IMG/VR virus record: IMGVR_UViG_3300032007_000010
Length of the DNA: 64,000 nt
Origin: a virus
Taxonomy: Duplodnaviria > Caudoviricetes
Reading direction: 5' to 3' (one strand)
The position numbers and the translations under genes are program-made. Positions 1 through 10,119 of the stretch are shown here, piece after piece; positions within the stretch are counted from its first letter, which is position 1; each line of letters opens with the position of its first letter. Below the pieces are notes generated by a model that had not been told where the DNA came from, searched no databases, and saw only the letters and a program-made list of their open reading frames with translations.

Positions 1-398
1 TTGGTGTTGCGAGAATTTTCTAGGTACTGGTCGATCTTGTTGTACTTGTCGGTTAGTTCATCAAGATGAGCACTCGCCATCGCATTGTAAGCACCAACAA
101 TGTTCTCGGAGAGCAGGATCGCTTCGTCGCGTTCCTTGTGATAGTCCTCGATGGCGATGTGAATCATGTCATCCAGCACACCACCGTGAACAAAATCGGC
201 TTTTTCCAGATGATCCGGATGTGCAATGTTTGTTCCATTCCACTCGGCACGGAGGCGCTCTTCGTTCCATCCTTTATGTTCGGCCGCAGCAACCAGTCTC
301 TCACGCAGCGCCTCTGGAATCATGTCGTAGGATACGAAGGTTGTGGCACCGTGAGTCTCTGTGACCTCGAGCAATGCTACCTGGGTCTCTCTGAGCAT
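1..398 (-). CDS. Third paralog of the 737-3037 / 3116-6301 family (partial, runs off window edge)
   Basis: Not in the ORF track. My translation from ATG 398 (GAAAGGGG upstream) reads MLRETQ...VSYDMIPEALRERL...NGTNIA...EDYHKERDEAILLSENIVGAYNAM, aligning with DQYKKEQDEAVLNAENIVKAYNAM (3116 ORF) and EEYNKELDEAVLASQDVVKAYNEM (737 ORF). Confidence 0.85.
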   Translation of the reverse strand, partial: MLRETQVALLEVTETHGATTFVSYDMIPEALRERLVAAAEHKGWNEERLRAEWNGTNIAHPDHLEKADFVHGGVLDDMIHIAIEDYHKERDEAILLSENIVGAYNAMASAHLDELTDKYNKIDQYLENSRNT

Positions 399-400
399 GA

Positions 401-721
401 TTAACCAACCCCTTTCTTGGTGTTATTCTGAAAGCCAATCTTGCCCTTACAACTCGAGGTTGGCATAAATACCACCGAGGTGCTGATGATCGAGTAATCT
501 GCTGGTCGAATGAAAAGCGTTCTTGGCACCTGTTTTCCGTGTGCTGGAAGATCAATTTGAAACATATGATCTTGATCTTCGATTGCTTTGGTCAGCTCTC
601 CATCTAACCAAGCCTTGATCTCGAGGGCTTCCTTGCGACTACGGCATTTGCGGGTCATGTCGATTGCTTTATCATAGCGCTTGTTCTCAGCGGCAATACC
701 CACCGCATAGTATCCTTTCAT
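401..721 (-). CDS. Hypothetical protein
   Basis: 106 aa ORF with GGAGGT RBS, packed between two paralogs. Confidence 0.75.
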   Translation of the reverse strand: MKGYYAVGIAAENKRYDKAIDMTRKCRSRKEALEIKAWLDGELTKAIEDQDHMFQIDLPAHGKQVPRTLFIRPADYSIISTSVVFMPTSSCKGKIGFQNNTKKGVG

Positions 722-736
722 GCTAACACCTCCGGA

Positions 737-3037
737 TCATCGCATGATCAGACGCATGAGGCTCTCCATCTGTGGTTCGGCGCCGGAGGCCTGTTTGTCG
801 GCGAAGTCTTCGAGTCTGCGGAAATTCTCGGTCTGTTCGCGCTCGAGCTCGGATACCTTGCGATTGATCTTCTCGCAGGCGGACACAACCTCCTTCTCCA
901 TGGAAGCGATGTCCTTGATCTGGTACTGTCGAAGCTGTGCATCCTCGACCAGGAACACCGCGCCGGGCACCGGAGACGAGAGCTTTCCGCTCTTGGCACG
1001 CCCGAGCAGAGATTTGACGTTCTCGCGAATCTTCTTGATCATCGCGGCAAGGAAGGCGAGCATCTTCTTGAACCAACCCGCCACGGCGGCGGCGGCCTTG
1101 CGGACGATGGCCTTGATCTTTGCCCAGAGCTCGGCCGCGGTCACCTCGTTCATGGGTTCGAAACTCTCCACGAGCATCGCGTAGTCATCTTCAACAATGT
1201 CATCGTCGAACTCGCCCAGACCGAAGTCCATCACAAACTCATCGAGATGAGCCGAGGTTTCGTTGATGATATCATCGAGCATGTTCCAGCCGGCACCATC
1301 GGACTCCTCGGCGGAGGACTCCACAACAACGCTGGACATCGGATACTCAACCTTCGCCTTCATGCGCTTCCGAAGCTCCTCGGTCTCCTTGTCGAGCTTC
1401 TGGCCGCCGGGATTGCAGGAGAGCAGAAGAATGTTCTTGAAGCCATTGTTGAGCAAGCTCTTGACCAGCTCATTCACATCCTCGTACTTGGATCCATCGA
1501 TGGACTTGATGGGCTGGATGGTCCAGCGCGCATCCGCACCGTCGGATTCTTCGAAGATCTCCATATACTTCTGGAGCATGATCTGACTGATGGTGGCCTG
1601 CTGCTGAGCAAAGGACTTGACCACGAACTGATCCTGGGCCTTCTCGCCATCGTCCGCGTAGTTCTCGCGGGATGCCTCGACCGCGTCCTTCCAGACATCG
1701 TTGATCGCATCATTGAGCTGTTCAAGCACCTCATCGATGGCCTCTTTGTATTCGGAGAAGATCTTATCGGCGCGCTTCGGGTCGTAGTTGTCCCAGCTCT
1801 TCTTGTCGATCTTTCCGAAGGTGGCATTGATGGTCTTGTCGGTCTTCTCGATCGCGGAACCTATGGCCACCGCCACCTTCTGCGGAACCTGGGCAACGGC
1901 CTTGTCCCACTTCGGTTTGAAGGCGTTGTAGCGCTGCTCGTAGTATCTCTTCAGGTCGATGGCCAGCTTGTCCGCGCGCTTGCGGAGATCAGCCATAGCC
2001 TCGTTCTCGTAGGCACCGTGGCCGATCACCACCGCATCATGGGTGGAGAGAAGCTGCAGCGTGCGATCGATCTTCTGGGAGACCTCGTGTGGTCCGAGAA
2101 ACCCGTCATCCTCGGAGACCGTGAAGAGCACACCGTAGCCGAGCGATCGCAGATCCCAGATGGTATCCTTGTGGAACTTGTTCTCGTTCTTGGCGATGAG
2201 CTCCTTGACCTCGCGCACGCCGGCCTGCCAGGTTTTCTGATCCTTGGAGTCGAGCTTGGTGGTCAGCAGCTCGGCCTCGGCCTTGGTGATGCCGAGGATG
2301 TTGTAGTTCATGCGCACCATGTTGCGGAAGGTCTGGAGCTGGGCATTGCACATGGTGATGCGATACTGGAGCTGTGCCTTGATCTCCTGGGGAGTGCTCT
2401 TTGGTTCATAGGTCCACTCGGTGGCGAGCTTGCGCATATCGCCGAGGTTGAGCGGTCCCTCCTCGGGATCTCCGAAAACATCCATGTATTCCTTGTACTG
2501 ATTCACCAGCAACGAATAGATCGTCTGGAGCTGTGTGCATCCTGCGTAGATCATCGACGACACATCTGGGGCCTCGTCTTCCATGCTACGCTCGCCCGTG
2601 GCGTGGGCAATGAGCTCGTCCTCGTACCTCTTGATGGTCTCCCAGGCCTTCTTGGCGTCACCCTCGATCATCTCGTTGTAGGCCTTGACCACGTCCTGCG
2701 ATGCGAGCACCGCCTCGTCGAGTTCCTTGTTGTACTCCTCGAGCACACGCATGGCTCGGTCGGTGATGGTGTCGGATCCGGCCACCGCCACGTTTGTGTT
2801 CTGGATAGCGTTCGGGCCGGAGGTCTTTTCATGCGCGTCGCGCACGCTTTCCTCATCTCCGCCGATTCCGAAGTCCGCATACTCATGCTCCGCACCTGCG
2901 AGAACCTTCTTCCGGAACCATTCGGGGAGCGCATCGAAGCTTAGCTCGACCTGTTTCATGCCTCCGGCTTCCTTCTTGACATCCTCGAGCATCGGTTCGA
3001 GGTATCCAACTGGACTGGAAATAAGCAAGGGAATCAC
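737..3037 (-). CDS. Probable virion (head/internal) protein, paralog family with caspase-like HG...SC motif
   Basis: 766 aa; VVIGHG and ILLLSCNPG motifs; several hydrophobic-x-E sites (INET, LVES, MNEV); late-type promoter upstream. Confidence 0.65.
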   Translation of the reverse strand: MIPLLISSPVGYLEPMLEDVKKEAGGMKQVELSFDALPEWFRKKVLAGAEHEYADFGIGGDEESVRDAHEKTSGPNAIQNTNVAVAGSDTITDRAMRVLEEYNKELDEAVLASQDVVKAYNEMIEGDAKKAWETIKRYEDELIAHATGERSMEDEAPDVSSMIYAGCTQLQTIYSLLVNQYKEYMDVFGDPEEGPLNLGDMRKLATEWTYEPKSTPQEIKAQLQYRITMCNAQLQTFRNMVRMNYNILGITKAEAELLTTKLDSKDQKTWQAGVREVKELIAKNENKFHKDTIWDLRSLGYGVLFTVSEDDGFLGPHEVSQKIDRTLQLLSTHDAVVIGHGAYENEAMADLRKRADKLAIDLKRYYEQRYNAFKPKWDKAVAQVPQKVAVAIGSAIEKTDKTINATFGKIDKKSWDNYDPKRADKIFSEYKEAIDEVLEQLNDAINDVWKDAVEASRENYADDGEKAQDQFVVKSFAQQQATISQIMLQKYMEIFEESDGADARWTIQPIKSIDGSKYEDVNELVKSLLNNGFKNILLLSCNPGGQKLDKETEELRKRMKAKVEYPMSSVVVESSAEESDGAGWNMLDDIINETSAHLDEFVMDFGLGEFDDDIVEDDYAMLVESFEPMNEVTAAELWAKIKAIVRKAAAAVAGWFKKMLAFLAAMIKKIRENVKSLLGRAKSGKLSSPVPGAVFLVEDAQLRQYQIKDIASMEKEVVSACEKINRKVSELEREQTENFRRLEDFADKQASGAEPQMESLMRLIMR

Positions 3038-3056
3038 TCCTTTGTCTGTTTATTCA

Positions 3057-3069
3057 TTATAGAAATGTC
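3057..3069 (-). promoter_or_regulatory. Putative late promoter RACA-N4-TATAA
   Basis: GACATTTCTATAA; the same motif recurs upstream of many structural genes. Confidence 0.6.
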
Positions 3070-3078
3070 CCAGAATAT

Positions 3079-3108
3079 CAGGATCCCCGGAATTGACCGG
3101 GGATCCTG
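3079..3108. terminator. Intergenic hairpin / terminator
   Basis: 12-bp perfect stem CAGGATCCCCGG/CCGGGGATCCTG just after the stop of the 3116-6301 ORF. Confidence 0.7.
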
Positions 3109-3115
3109 TCGTGGC

Positions 3116-6100
3116 TCATCTGCAACGTTTGCTGCGCCAATCCTCGAATTTGGGCGTGCTGTATTCGAAAATGCTGGGTTCACTGTCGTGGCTATAGTAC
3201 CACACCTTTTTCGACCTGAGTGAGAAGAGGAAGTGATCACCGTTGCCCACCGCACCGAGCGGGATGAGCTGATATTTATCAAACTCCTTCTCCTCTTCCT
3301 CGGTGTCGGCGCCATAGAATCTCTTTGTGAGTTCGGGGGTACCGTAGATCATGCGGCCGAGGGTTGCGATATCGGAGGTGCTGAGACCCTCAAACTTCCC
3401 ATCATAGGTATCTTCACAGAAGTATGAAATGACAGCCTTGGGAGTCACTTTGATCTTGGTGTCACCATTTGGGCCGTTAATGAAATCGGGGCATTTCTCG
3501 AGAATCTTGGTTGCTTTGGCCTCATCGAACGTACCAAGCGCAGCCTCGTTCAGCCAGCCGCTCATGAGCTCTTCGGCGGACTCGTTCTGTGCCTCTGGAT
3601 TTGCCTTGGCGTAGAGATCCTCGGCCACATCCTTCGGAAGGTATCCGACGATGTTGACGAGGTTCGGCTCCTTGGTCGTGGTTTCGACCTTGAACGGAAC
3701 ATTGCGCGAACGGAGCCAGGATTGGGTCGTGGTCGCGGCCTTCTTGGCGAGCGCCTCGACGCGCTTGTTGATCTCTTCGTCGCCACGATTCTGCACGTAA
3801 ACATAGCCAAGATCGACACCCCATGCCTTCTTGCCTTTGTATTCGTCGGTGGGGCCATAGTATACCACGAAGTCGGTGCCGATTTCGATGCCATCTTCCT
3901 TGTCCTTTTCGCCGAGGAGGGTCTTGAGCTTCTCATCGAGCTCATCTTCGCCGGTCATGTAGTTGTCGGCGATCCAGCCGCGAATCTTCTTGTTGAGCTT
4001 CCGTTCCGCACGATTCTCCTTGACCTTCGCGAGCACCGCCTCGCCGAGCGCAGCATAGTCCTCGGAGGATGCACACTCGTTCTGAATCTTGGTCAGCGCG
4101 GCGTTGAGGTCCTTGAGCGAATCCATGCAGCGCTTCTCGAGGGTTTGGATCTGCTCGCCGATGCTTTCGCAGGACCTGACCATGGAGGACTCGAGTTCGC
4201 TCCAGCTCGTCACGGCCTTCTCCTCAAACTTGGCCTTGTCTCCATCCACAGCGATGGCGGGATTCGGGACACCGTCGGCCAGCTTGTCCTCGACGGTCTT
4301 GCCCTTCTTCACGTCCTTGAAGAAGCCGTGAATCTTGTCGATCATCCGACGGAACTTCTCGATGCCCCGCTTGAAGAGGTTGGAGAACTTCACCGCTGTG
4401 AGCTTGATGATGTTCTTGATCTTTGCCCAGAGGTCGGAGACCCCCTCGTCGATGATCTCGTCGCCCAGCGCAATCGCGGCCTCGTTGAGCGATTCGACCT
4501 CGTGGTAGGAGAATCCAAGCTCCTCGCAGGCCTCCATGAGATGGAGCTCGGTCTCGTTCATGATGTCATAGCAGTGGGAGAATTCACTGATCTCGTCGGC
4601 GCCGTAGGTACCCTCGGCGAGGAGGCTGTTGGTGGCAACCTTGAAGGTCACATCCTTCATCTCCCTGAGGTCCTTGTCCAATTCATGATGACCCGGGTTG
4701 CAGGACATGATGCAGATGTTCTTGAAACCTTCGCGCGCGAGCTGGCGACAAATCTCATTGACATCGGTGAGCGCTCCGGAGGATTTCTCGGTGCGCACGG
4801 GCTGGCAGTACCATACCTTCTTGCCGGAGAAGAGTCCGTTTTCGATGCGGGCGTATTGATACCAGGCACGCTGATATCTTCCGGCCACGCTCTGGATCTT
4901 CTTCTTGGCATCGGCGATCTCCTGGTTGAGATCGGCAACCTGCTTCTTGTACTCTTCCATGTTCTTGGCACCAACGAGACCATTCATATCGGTGATGAGT
5001 CGATCAACGACCTGGATGGCCTGGGCCAGATCCACGTTTGCCTGGTCGAGTTGCTTGCGCAGCGTTTCAATCTCCTTGGCATCGGTCTGGGCGGGATCGA
5101 GTCTGTCGAGCTGCGCCGCAATCTTGTCACGCACGGCCTTGAGCTTGAGCGCTTCCTTCTTGGCGGAGTCAATCTTTTTGCCGAACTCCTCGCGGATCTT
5201 CTTGACCTCGGGCGATTCGTCACGTTTGATGTTGCGCATGATGCGCGCCTTCTCGTCCTCGAGCTTTTCGATCTTGGAGATGAGGTCTTCTACCTTCTTG
5301 GTGATGGGATGAAGCACTTCGTTGTTATACTTCATACCCTTCCTGGTCTGAGAACCACCATGGGCGAGCACCGTGGCATCATGGTTGAGGCAGACACCGA
5401 GAATATGATCGATGGCAGTAAAGACATCCAGACCCATCTTGTCGGTGGTGTAGAAGAGCACACCGCCGCCCACGGAACGGAAATCAAACATGCCGTCACG
5501 GGGCTGGAACTTCTTCTTGTTCTGGATGATGAGCTGCTTGACCTGTCGGATCGACGCGGTGCGTTCCTTCTCGTTGCCATTCTTTATGGATACCGAGAGC
5601 ATCTTTGCCTGGTCCTTGGTGATGCCAAGCATCGCGTAGTTCATGTCGAGCATGGTGCTCAGGGTTCCGACCATGGCCTCGTACATGGCGAGGCGTGCCT
5701 TGAGGATGGCCTTGATCTCCTCGGGATCATTGCTAGGCTGATAGACACAGTTGATGACCATCTGACGAATCTCCGCCTCGGTGAGACGAATCTCCATGCC
5801 GGCGCCATGCGTCTTGTCAACGGCGCCCTGCATATCCAGCACCATTCTGAGCGCATTGAGCACGGGCTGGAGACCGGCCTCGGCGATGGCGCGCTGCGCA
5901 TCTTCATTGGACATGTTTTTGAGGCAGGCCATGACAAAGTCGATGGCCTTCTGGGCCTGACCCTGGAGCATCGCATTGTAGGCCTTCACAATGTTCTCGG
6001 CATTGAGGACCGCCTCATCCTGTTCTTTCTTATACTGATCCATGGCACGAACGAGCACCGTATTGATGGCATCGCCCTCCTGGAGCGAAGACCTGTCCTG

Positions 6101-6301
6101 GGTCGCCCAGCGTGTGCCGTTGATATAGTTGATGATCATGGCCATGGGATAACCATTCTTGGAGGCCCACTCCTGGAGCTCACGCTTGACGCGGGGAGGG
6201 AGATCCTTGTAGGATACGTGCAGCTCACGCATCTTGTTCACCGCCTCATCGAGCAGCGGCGTTGCCAGCCCAATGTGGCAAAGTTCAACACTCTGCATCA
6301 T
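3116..6301 (-). CDS. Probable virion protein, paralog family, with C-terminal SMI1/KNR4 (SUKH)-like domain
   Basis: 1061 aa; TVLAHGG and ICIMSCNPG motifs; coiled-coil insert; C-terminus LIPLGAVGNGDHFLFSLRSKKVWYYSHD resembles the SUKH signature. Confidence 0.65.
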   Translation of the reverse strand: MMQSVELCHIGLATPLLDEAVNKMRELHVSYKDLPPRVKRELQEWASKNGYPMAMIINYINGTRWATQDRSSLQEGDAINTVLVRAMDQYKKEQDEAVLNAENIVKAYNAMLQGQAQKAIDFVMACLKNMSNEDAQRAIAEAGLQPVLNALRMVLDMQGAVDKTHGAGMEIRLTEAEIRQMVINCVYQPSNDPEEIKAILKARLAMYEAMVGTLSTMLDMNYAMLGITKDQAKMLSVSIKNGNEKERTASIRQVKQLIIQNKKKFQPRDGMFDFRSVGGGVLFYTTDKMGLDVFTAIDHILGVCLNHDATVLAHGGSQTRKGMKYNNEVLHPITKKVEDLISKIEKLEDEKARIMRNIKRDESPEVKKIREEFGKKIDSAKKEALKLKAVRDKIAAQLDRLDPAQTDAKEIETLRKQLDQANVDLAQAIQVVDRLITDMNGLVGAKNMEEYKKQVADLNQEIADAKKKIQSVAGRYQRAWYQYARIENGLFSGKKVWYCQPVRTEKSSGALTDVNEICRQLAREGFKNICIMSCNPGHHELDKDLREMKDVTFKVATNSLLAEGTYGADEISEFSHCYDIMNETELHLMEACEELGFSYHEVESLNEAAIALGDEIIDEGVSDLWAKIKNIIKLTAVKFSNLFKRGIEKFRRMIDKIHGFFKDVKKGKTVEDKLADGVPNPAIAVDGDKAKFEEKAVTSWSELESSMVRSCESIGEQIQTLEKRCMDSLKDLNAALTKIQNECASSEDYAALGEAVLAKVKENRAERKLNKKIRGWIADNYMTGEDELDEKLKTLLGEKDKEDGIEIGTDFVVYYGPTDEYKGKKAWGVDLGYVYVQNRGDEEINKRVEALAKKAATTTQSWLRSRNVPFKVETTTKEPNLVNIVGYLPKDVAEDLYAKANPEAQNESAEELMSGWLNEAALGTFDEAKATKILEKCPDFINGPNGDTKIKVTPKAVISYFCEDTYDGKFEGLSTSDIATLGRMIYGTPELTKRFYGADTEEEEKEFDKYQLIPLGAVGNGDHFLFSLRSKKVWYYSHDSEPSIFEYSTPKFEDWRSKRCR

Positions 6302-6319
6302 GATAGTTTACCTCTCCTT

Positions 6320-8710
6320 TCAGTCGAGTTCAGATTGATATTGATCGTAGTTGATATTTTTGCTCTGCTTCGAGCTCGCCGGACCAATTTCATGGTTTTG
6401 TAGCAGATTCTTCGGAAAATCACCGTTGATATCTAAACGCTTGTACCATGGATCCTCCGCAGAGGAACCCGCATCGCTACCTAACCCATCATCGGCAACC
6501 GCAGTTTCACCCTCGGAAAGCACGTGCACAAGCACAGTTTCACAGAGGACCTCATCCAGGTACCTTGCGTATGGATGATTGATCGGGAGCTGGAAGGTGC
6601 ATTCAAGCTGGCGATATTTTTCATTGAGGTGTTTCACATAGACCGCTCGATCATCCTTCGAAATCTTGGAGATATTATCCATGGCTTTGCGCACATCAGG
6701 CTCATTCACCACCGGATAGAGCTTCTTGGATGGGAGCAGATAGTCATCCTCCTTGAATTCTGCCACACCGGCGGTTTCATCGAGCATGGTCACCCAGTCT
6801 GCCGCCTCATCGAGCGGAATATCCAGCATGTAGTTGAGACCGTAGAATCCCGCCACCGACTCATCGAGACGGAGCTTCTTCGGTGCATAGGGATAGATCG
6901 GCGAATCCTTCTTGAAACGAATATCCATTCCAAGCTCATCGATGCGACGGCAAATGTTGTGGGCCAGCGTCTTTCGATCCTCCGGATCCTTGCAGTGGTG
7001 GAACATGGAGATTGCCGCCCGCACATGCTTCTCATCGTGGAGTGGATATCGACGCTGTTTCGGAAGACCGAACATTGAGTCTGGAAGTTTATCCCTCTCG
7101 GCCTTGGTCATGGACTCATCGAGATTCTCTTGCGCTTCGATCACAATCGATCCAAAGTTCTTATCCCGTTTCGCATCGGTAAGTATCACATCATAGCCAG
7201 GGTGACGCACATATCGACCGGTATCGTTGCCGGCATTGAGGGTTTGCCCAACAAACTTCTTACCATAACATCTAGCCGCATCAAATAGATCATCAATGAG
7301 AATCGGTCTGGCGCAATCTAGCTTTTGATCTTTGATCACATCGTCCACGCAGATATGGGCGGAAAGATCGTACACTGGATCACCAACCCGTTTGCCGTAG
7401 ATATTGATCATGCCGGACTGAGTAGGATAAGCGACCGAAGAAAAGACAAGATTTCCAACCTTGATATTGTCTCCATAATGATCGAAGCCCAGCATATCCT
7501 TTACCCAGGTAGGAGTCTTCCACTCATTTCCGTATGGTTCAAATTCGCACAATGCCTTTGTGCAGTTGACGAATAGCATACTCTTGAGCTTCTCATAGTT
7601 CCTATCCTGGCCGGTGCAATATCGACCGAGATGAATCCAGAGGTCACCCTCACCAATATCACCAAATGCACGATCCCAGGGACCACGACGAAGCTCACGA
7701 CCCTTGGCATCCTTGGAAAAGCTTGGACCATTGCGCTGTTCCTCGAAATTTTTGAGCATTGCCGGAAGCATCTTCTCGGTTGAGACGAAGATGCGACGAT
7801 ATTTTCGCGCACTCTCAGCCGTCTCGTGCAGTGCAGATCCGATGAACATCTGATAATAGTTGACCTTTCGCGACTCCACTTCTTTCATGGATTCGGCCGA
7901 GATCTTGAATCCGTACTTCTTGTACATCTCGATGGCAACTTTATTGTCACAGAACACGGCGAGTGCATTGCCTCGAAGATGTTTCACCGCATAGTCGAGG
8001 GCCTGCGTGCCAAGACCGTGCCCTCGCAGAGATTTCTCAACCTCGAGGTTTCCGATCCAATTATAGTTGTCCCCCTCTTCACGCCCATCGTCCGGATATC
8101 CAACAGCCACAGCGACGACGGGTTTTCCGTCGAGCTCCCAGCAAACGGTTGCGCAGTATTTCGAACTCGGACCGACATCCTTGAGAACACCCTTCTTACC
8201 TTTCTCGCGAAGATATGTTGTGTCCACGTTGATGAGCTTGAGGTCCGACAGCTTCATGGGTTCGCCCTGTCTATGCTTCGGATCGAGTTTGGATTTTGAC
8301 GAGGATTCGGCCAGCATCGAGTCCGGGATATAGTCGTAGTCCGCACGCTTCTCATTATCCATCTCAAGATCAGTCTCCGTGCTCACATCGTCCCCGATGA
8401 TGCTGTCGGTCTTCGATTCCGGAAAATCCGTACCATCATCGTGGCGAACATTGGCATTCTTCGCGATAGGAGAATGACTCGTATAGGCCGGATCGTACAC
8501 CTGTTCGAGGATGGAGTTTCGAAAGAACTCTTCTCCGGTCATGTCGTGCACATCGTCCACATGATCGTCATTGTGGTCGAGGAGATTTTCTTCGGGCCTG
8601 TGATCATTCTCGAGTTCACGCTTAAGTTCGGTGTAGAATGTATCGAGCCAATCTCTGCGGTTTGCGTTGGGCTCCGGTGACACGTTGCTGGGATGATAGT
8701 TCATGCTCAT
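6320..8710 (-). CDS. Multidomain probable virion protein with GNAT acetyltransferase domain and two related FGLP..RRYPL-type domains
   Basis: LEVEKSLRGHGLGTQAL...NKVAIEMYKKYGF (GNAT motifs A/B); FGLPKQRRYPLHDEKHVRAA and YLLPSKKLYPVVNEPDVRKA repeats; domains separated by LxE sites. Confidence 0.7.
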   Translation of the reverse strand: MSMNYHPSNVSPEPNANRRDWLDTFYTELKRELENDHRPEENLLDHNDDHVDDVHDMTGEEFFRNSILEQVYDPAYTSHSPIAKNANVRHDDGTDFPESKTDSIIGDDVSTETDLEMDNEKRADYDYIPDSMLAESSSKSKLDPKHRQGEPMKLSDLKLINVDTTYLREKGKKGVLKDVGPSSKYCATVCWELDGKPVVAVAVGYPDDGREEGDNYNWIGNLEVEKSLRGHGLGTQALDYAVKHLRGNALAVFCDNKVAIEMYKKYGFKISAESMKEVESRKVNYYQMFIGSALHETAESARKYRRIFVSTEKMLPAMLKNFEEQRNGPSFSKDAKGRELRRGPWDRAFGDIGEGDLWIHLGRYCTGQDRNYEKLKSMLFVNCTKALCEFEPYGNEWKTPTWVKDMLGFDHYGDNIKVGNLVFSSVAYPTQSGMINIYGKRVGDPVYDLSAHICVDDVIKDQKLDCARPILIDDLFDAARCYGKKFVGQTLNAGNDTGRYVRHPGYDVILTDAKRDKNFGSIVIEAQENLDESMTKAERDKLPDSMFGLPKQRRYPLHDEKHVRAAISMFHHCKDPEDRKTLAHNICRRIDELGMDIRFKKDSPIYPYAPKKLRLDESVAGFYGLNYMLDIPLDEAADWVTMLDETAGVAEFKEDDYLLPSKKLYPVVNEPDVRKAMDNISKISKDDRAVYVKHLNEKYRQLECTFQLPINHPYARYLDEVLCETVLVHVLSEGETAVADDGLGSDAGSSAEDPWYKRLDINGDFPKNLLQNHEIGPASSKQSKNINYDQYQSELD

Positions 8711-8718
8711 GATTCAAA

Positions 8719-9963
8719 TCACCCCTCCTTCATTTTGCTCAGATCAGGAAGATAGCTCATGGCGGAGATAAAGTCCATGCGCCGTTCCGTGTTGTTGCGA
8801 TAGGACCCATGTGGATCAGTGAAGTTGATGCCACACTCGGCGAGAATGCTGAGGATGGATGGTCTATGCCCGAACGCCTGCGGATTGTCGATCGCCGCAC
8901 GAATGCTGCGCAGCGCATCCATGCGCGCCTCGGATAAAACGCCGACCGGCACGAAGCTATGTACCTCGAGACCGTCAAAGCATGGGTCGTCGTGAGAAAC
9001 CTCGTGCAACGTATCTTCGCGCAGTGAATCGATGTAGATGCGCGACAGCTTTGAGTCTTCGCTGAGACCCACAAATGCCGGCATATTGGTACTGGGGTCA
9101 TAGGCAGTTATGAGATAACAACCGCCTTCCTCATCGAATCCCATGAGATTGACCGAAGCATCTGGGTCGGCAGCATGCTCTTGGATGACCACAAAGTTCT
9201 TCGATCTCGCCGCGGAATCTTCGTAGGGTTCCTCGTGTGTGATGTGATAGAGAAGTTCCACGAAGGGACCATAGTTCTGACCGGCAATCTTGATGAAATT
9301 GTACTTGGTCTGACGACGCATGACCTCATCCTTGAGATAGTTCTTATACTTGGTATCCTTCACAAACGCGGGATTCGTGTTGGTCTTGTCACCGCCATCC
9401 TTGATCTCCACGAGCAGATTGTAGTCCGGCAGATAGTAGTCTGGATCATATTTGCGAATCCTATCGCTCTTCGGATCGTAGTATTCGAAGAACTCCGGGG
9501 ATCGGGTGATCATGTTGGAACGAAGTTCGAGCACGAGCGAACAGAATTGCAGGAAGTTCTTCTCGGGACCAGAGAGGTAGTCCACGGAACCACCGTCTAT
9601 GAAGCGGTATGTGCCGGCGGTGTGTCGCTTGGTCTGCATCTCGCGCTGGTGTTCCATGTCGTCGAGCAACGTCTCCTTGCCATGGATGCGCACATGATTG
9701 GTGACCGCATTCTTGCGCACGGTCTCACGACATTTTGGGTTGTTGCAGAGCTTGTGCGGTTTACCAGTCTTTTCGTTCCAATCGGTCTCACCACCACAGA
9801 CCATGCAGCGACCGTGGATGGTACCATGGGTGGATTTGTAGAGTGACTGTGCCGCATCCAGGCCCTCGTCGGCAAGTTCCCGGGCGTGGTATCGATTCAG
9901 ATGCTCGATCATATCGTCCTTGAGACGAGCGGTTCTACCGCAGAAATGACATCTGTATGACAT
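8719..9963 (-). CDS. Zn-finger + PD-(D/E)xK (TnsA-like) endonuclease
   Basis: N-terminal C2H2 (CHFC...HLNRYH), CMVC/CNNPKC, RKYDPDYYLPDYNLLVEIKD; AGGAGG RBS. Confidence 0.65.
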   Translation of the reverse strand: MSYRCHFCGRTARLKDDMIEHLNRYHARELADEGLDAAQSLYKSTHGTIHGRCMVCGGETDWNEKTGKPHKLCNNPKCRETVRKNAVTNHVRIHGKETLLDDMEHQREMQTKRHTAGTYRFIDGGSVDYLSGPEKNFLQFCSLVLELRSNMITRSPEFFEYYDPKSDRIRKYDPDYYLPDYNLLVEIKDGGDKTNTNPAFVKDTKYKNYLKDEVMRRQTKYNFIKIAGQNYGPFVELLYHITHEEPYEDSAARSKNFVVIQEHAADPDASVNLMGFDEEGGCYLITAYDPSTNMPAFVGLSEDSKLSRIYIDSLREDTLHEVSHDDPCFDGLEVHSFVPVGVLSEARMDALRSIRAAIDNPQAFGHRPSILSILAECGINFTDPHGSYRNNTERRMDFISAMSYLPDLSKMKEG

Positions 9964-10017
9964 GAAATTACACGTCCTCCTTTCTTGGAAAATAGGGCAT
10001 TTGGGCCCATATCTCTC

Positions 10018-10030
10018 TTATATTCATGTC
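10018..10030 (-). promoter_or_regulatory. Putative late promoter
   Basis: GACATGAATATAA. Confidence 0.55.
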
Positions 10031-10119
10031 ATTCTGGAACACTTCTCGTATAAAATGAAATGACTAAACTTCACTATAATCAGACATATCCCAACTCTAC
10101 CGAAAGGAAGGTGATATGC

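Noticed and set aside
1247-6403. Very long plus-strand ORFs 1247-2944 and 3722-6403 (also 16267-17604, 17893-19413, 23903-25177, 38601-40064, 51548-52816, 61503-62573)
   Set aside because: Antisense shadows of real genes, produced by strong GC3 codon bias; no RBS or motifs, Leu/Val/Asp/His-skewed composition.
9726-9750. Apparent self-target: dinucleotides from 47521-47560 match 13/16 positions in the LCNNPKCR codons with 1-nt gaps
   Set aside because: A match this good is expected by chance in about 128 kb of two-strand sequence, and the gap rule is assumed.
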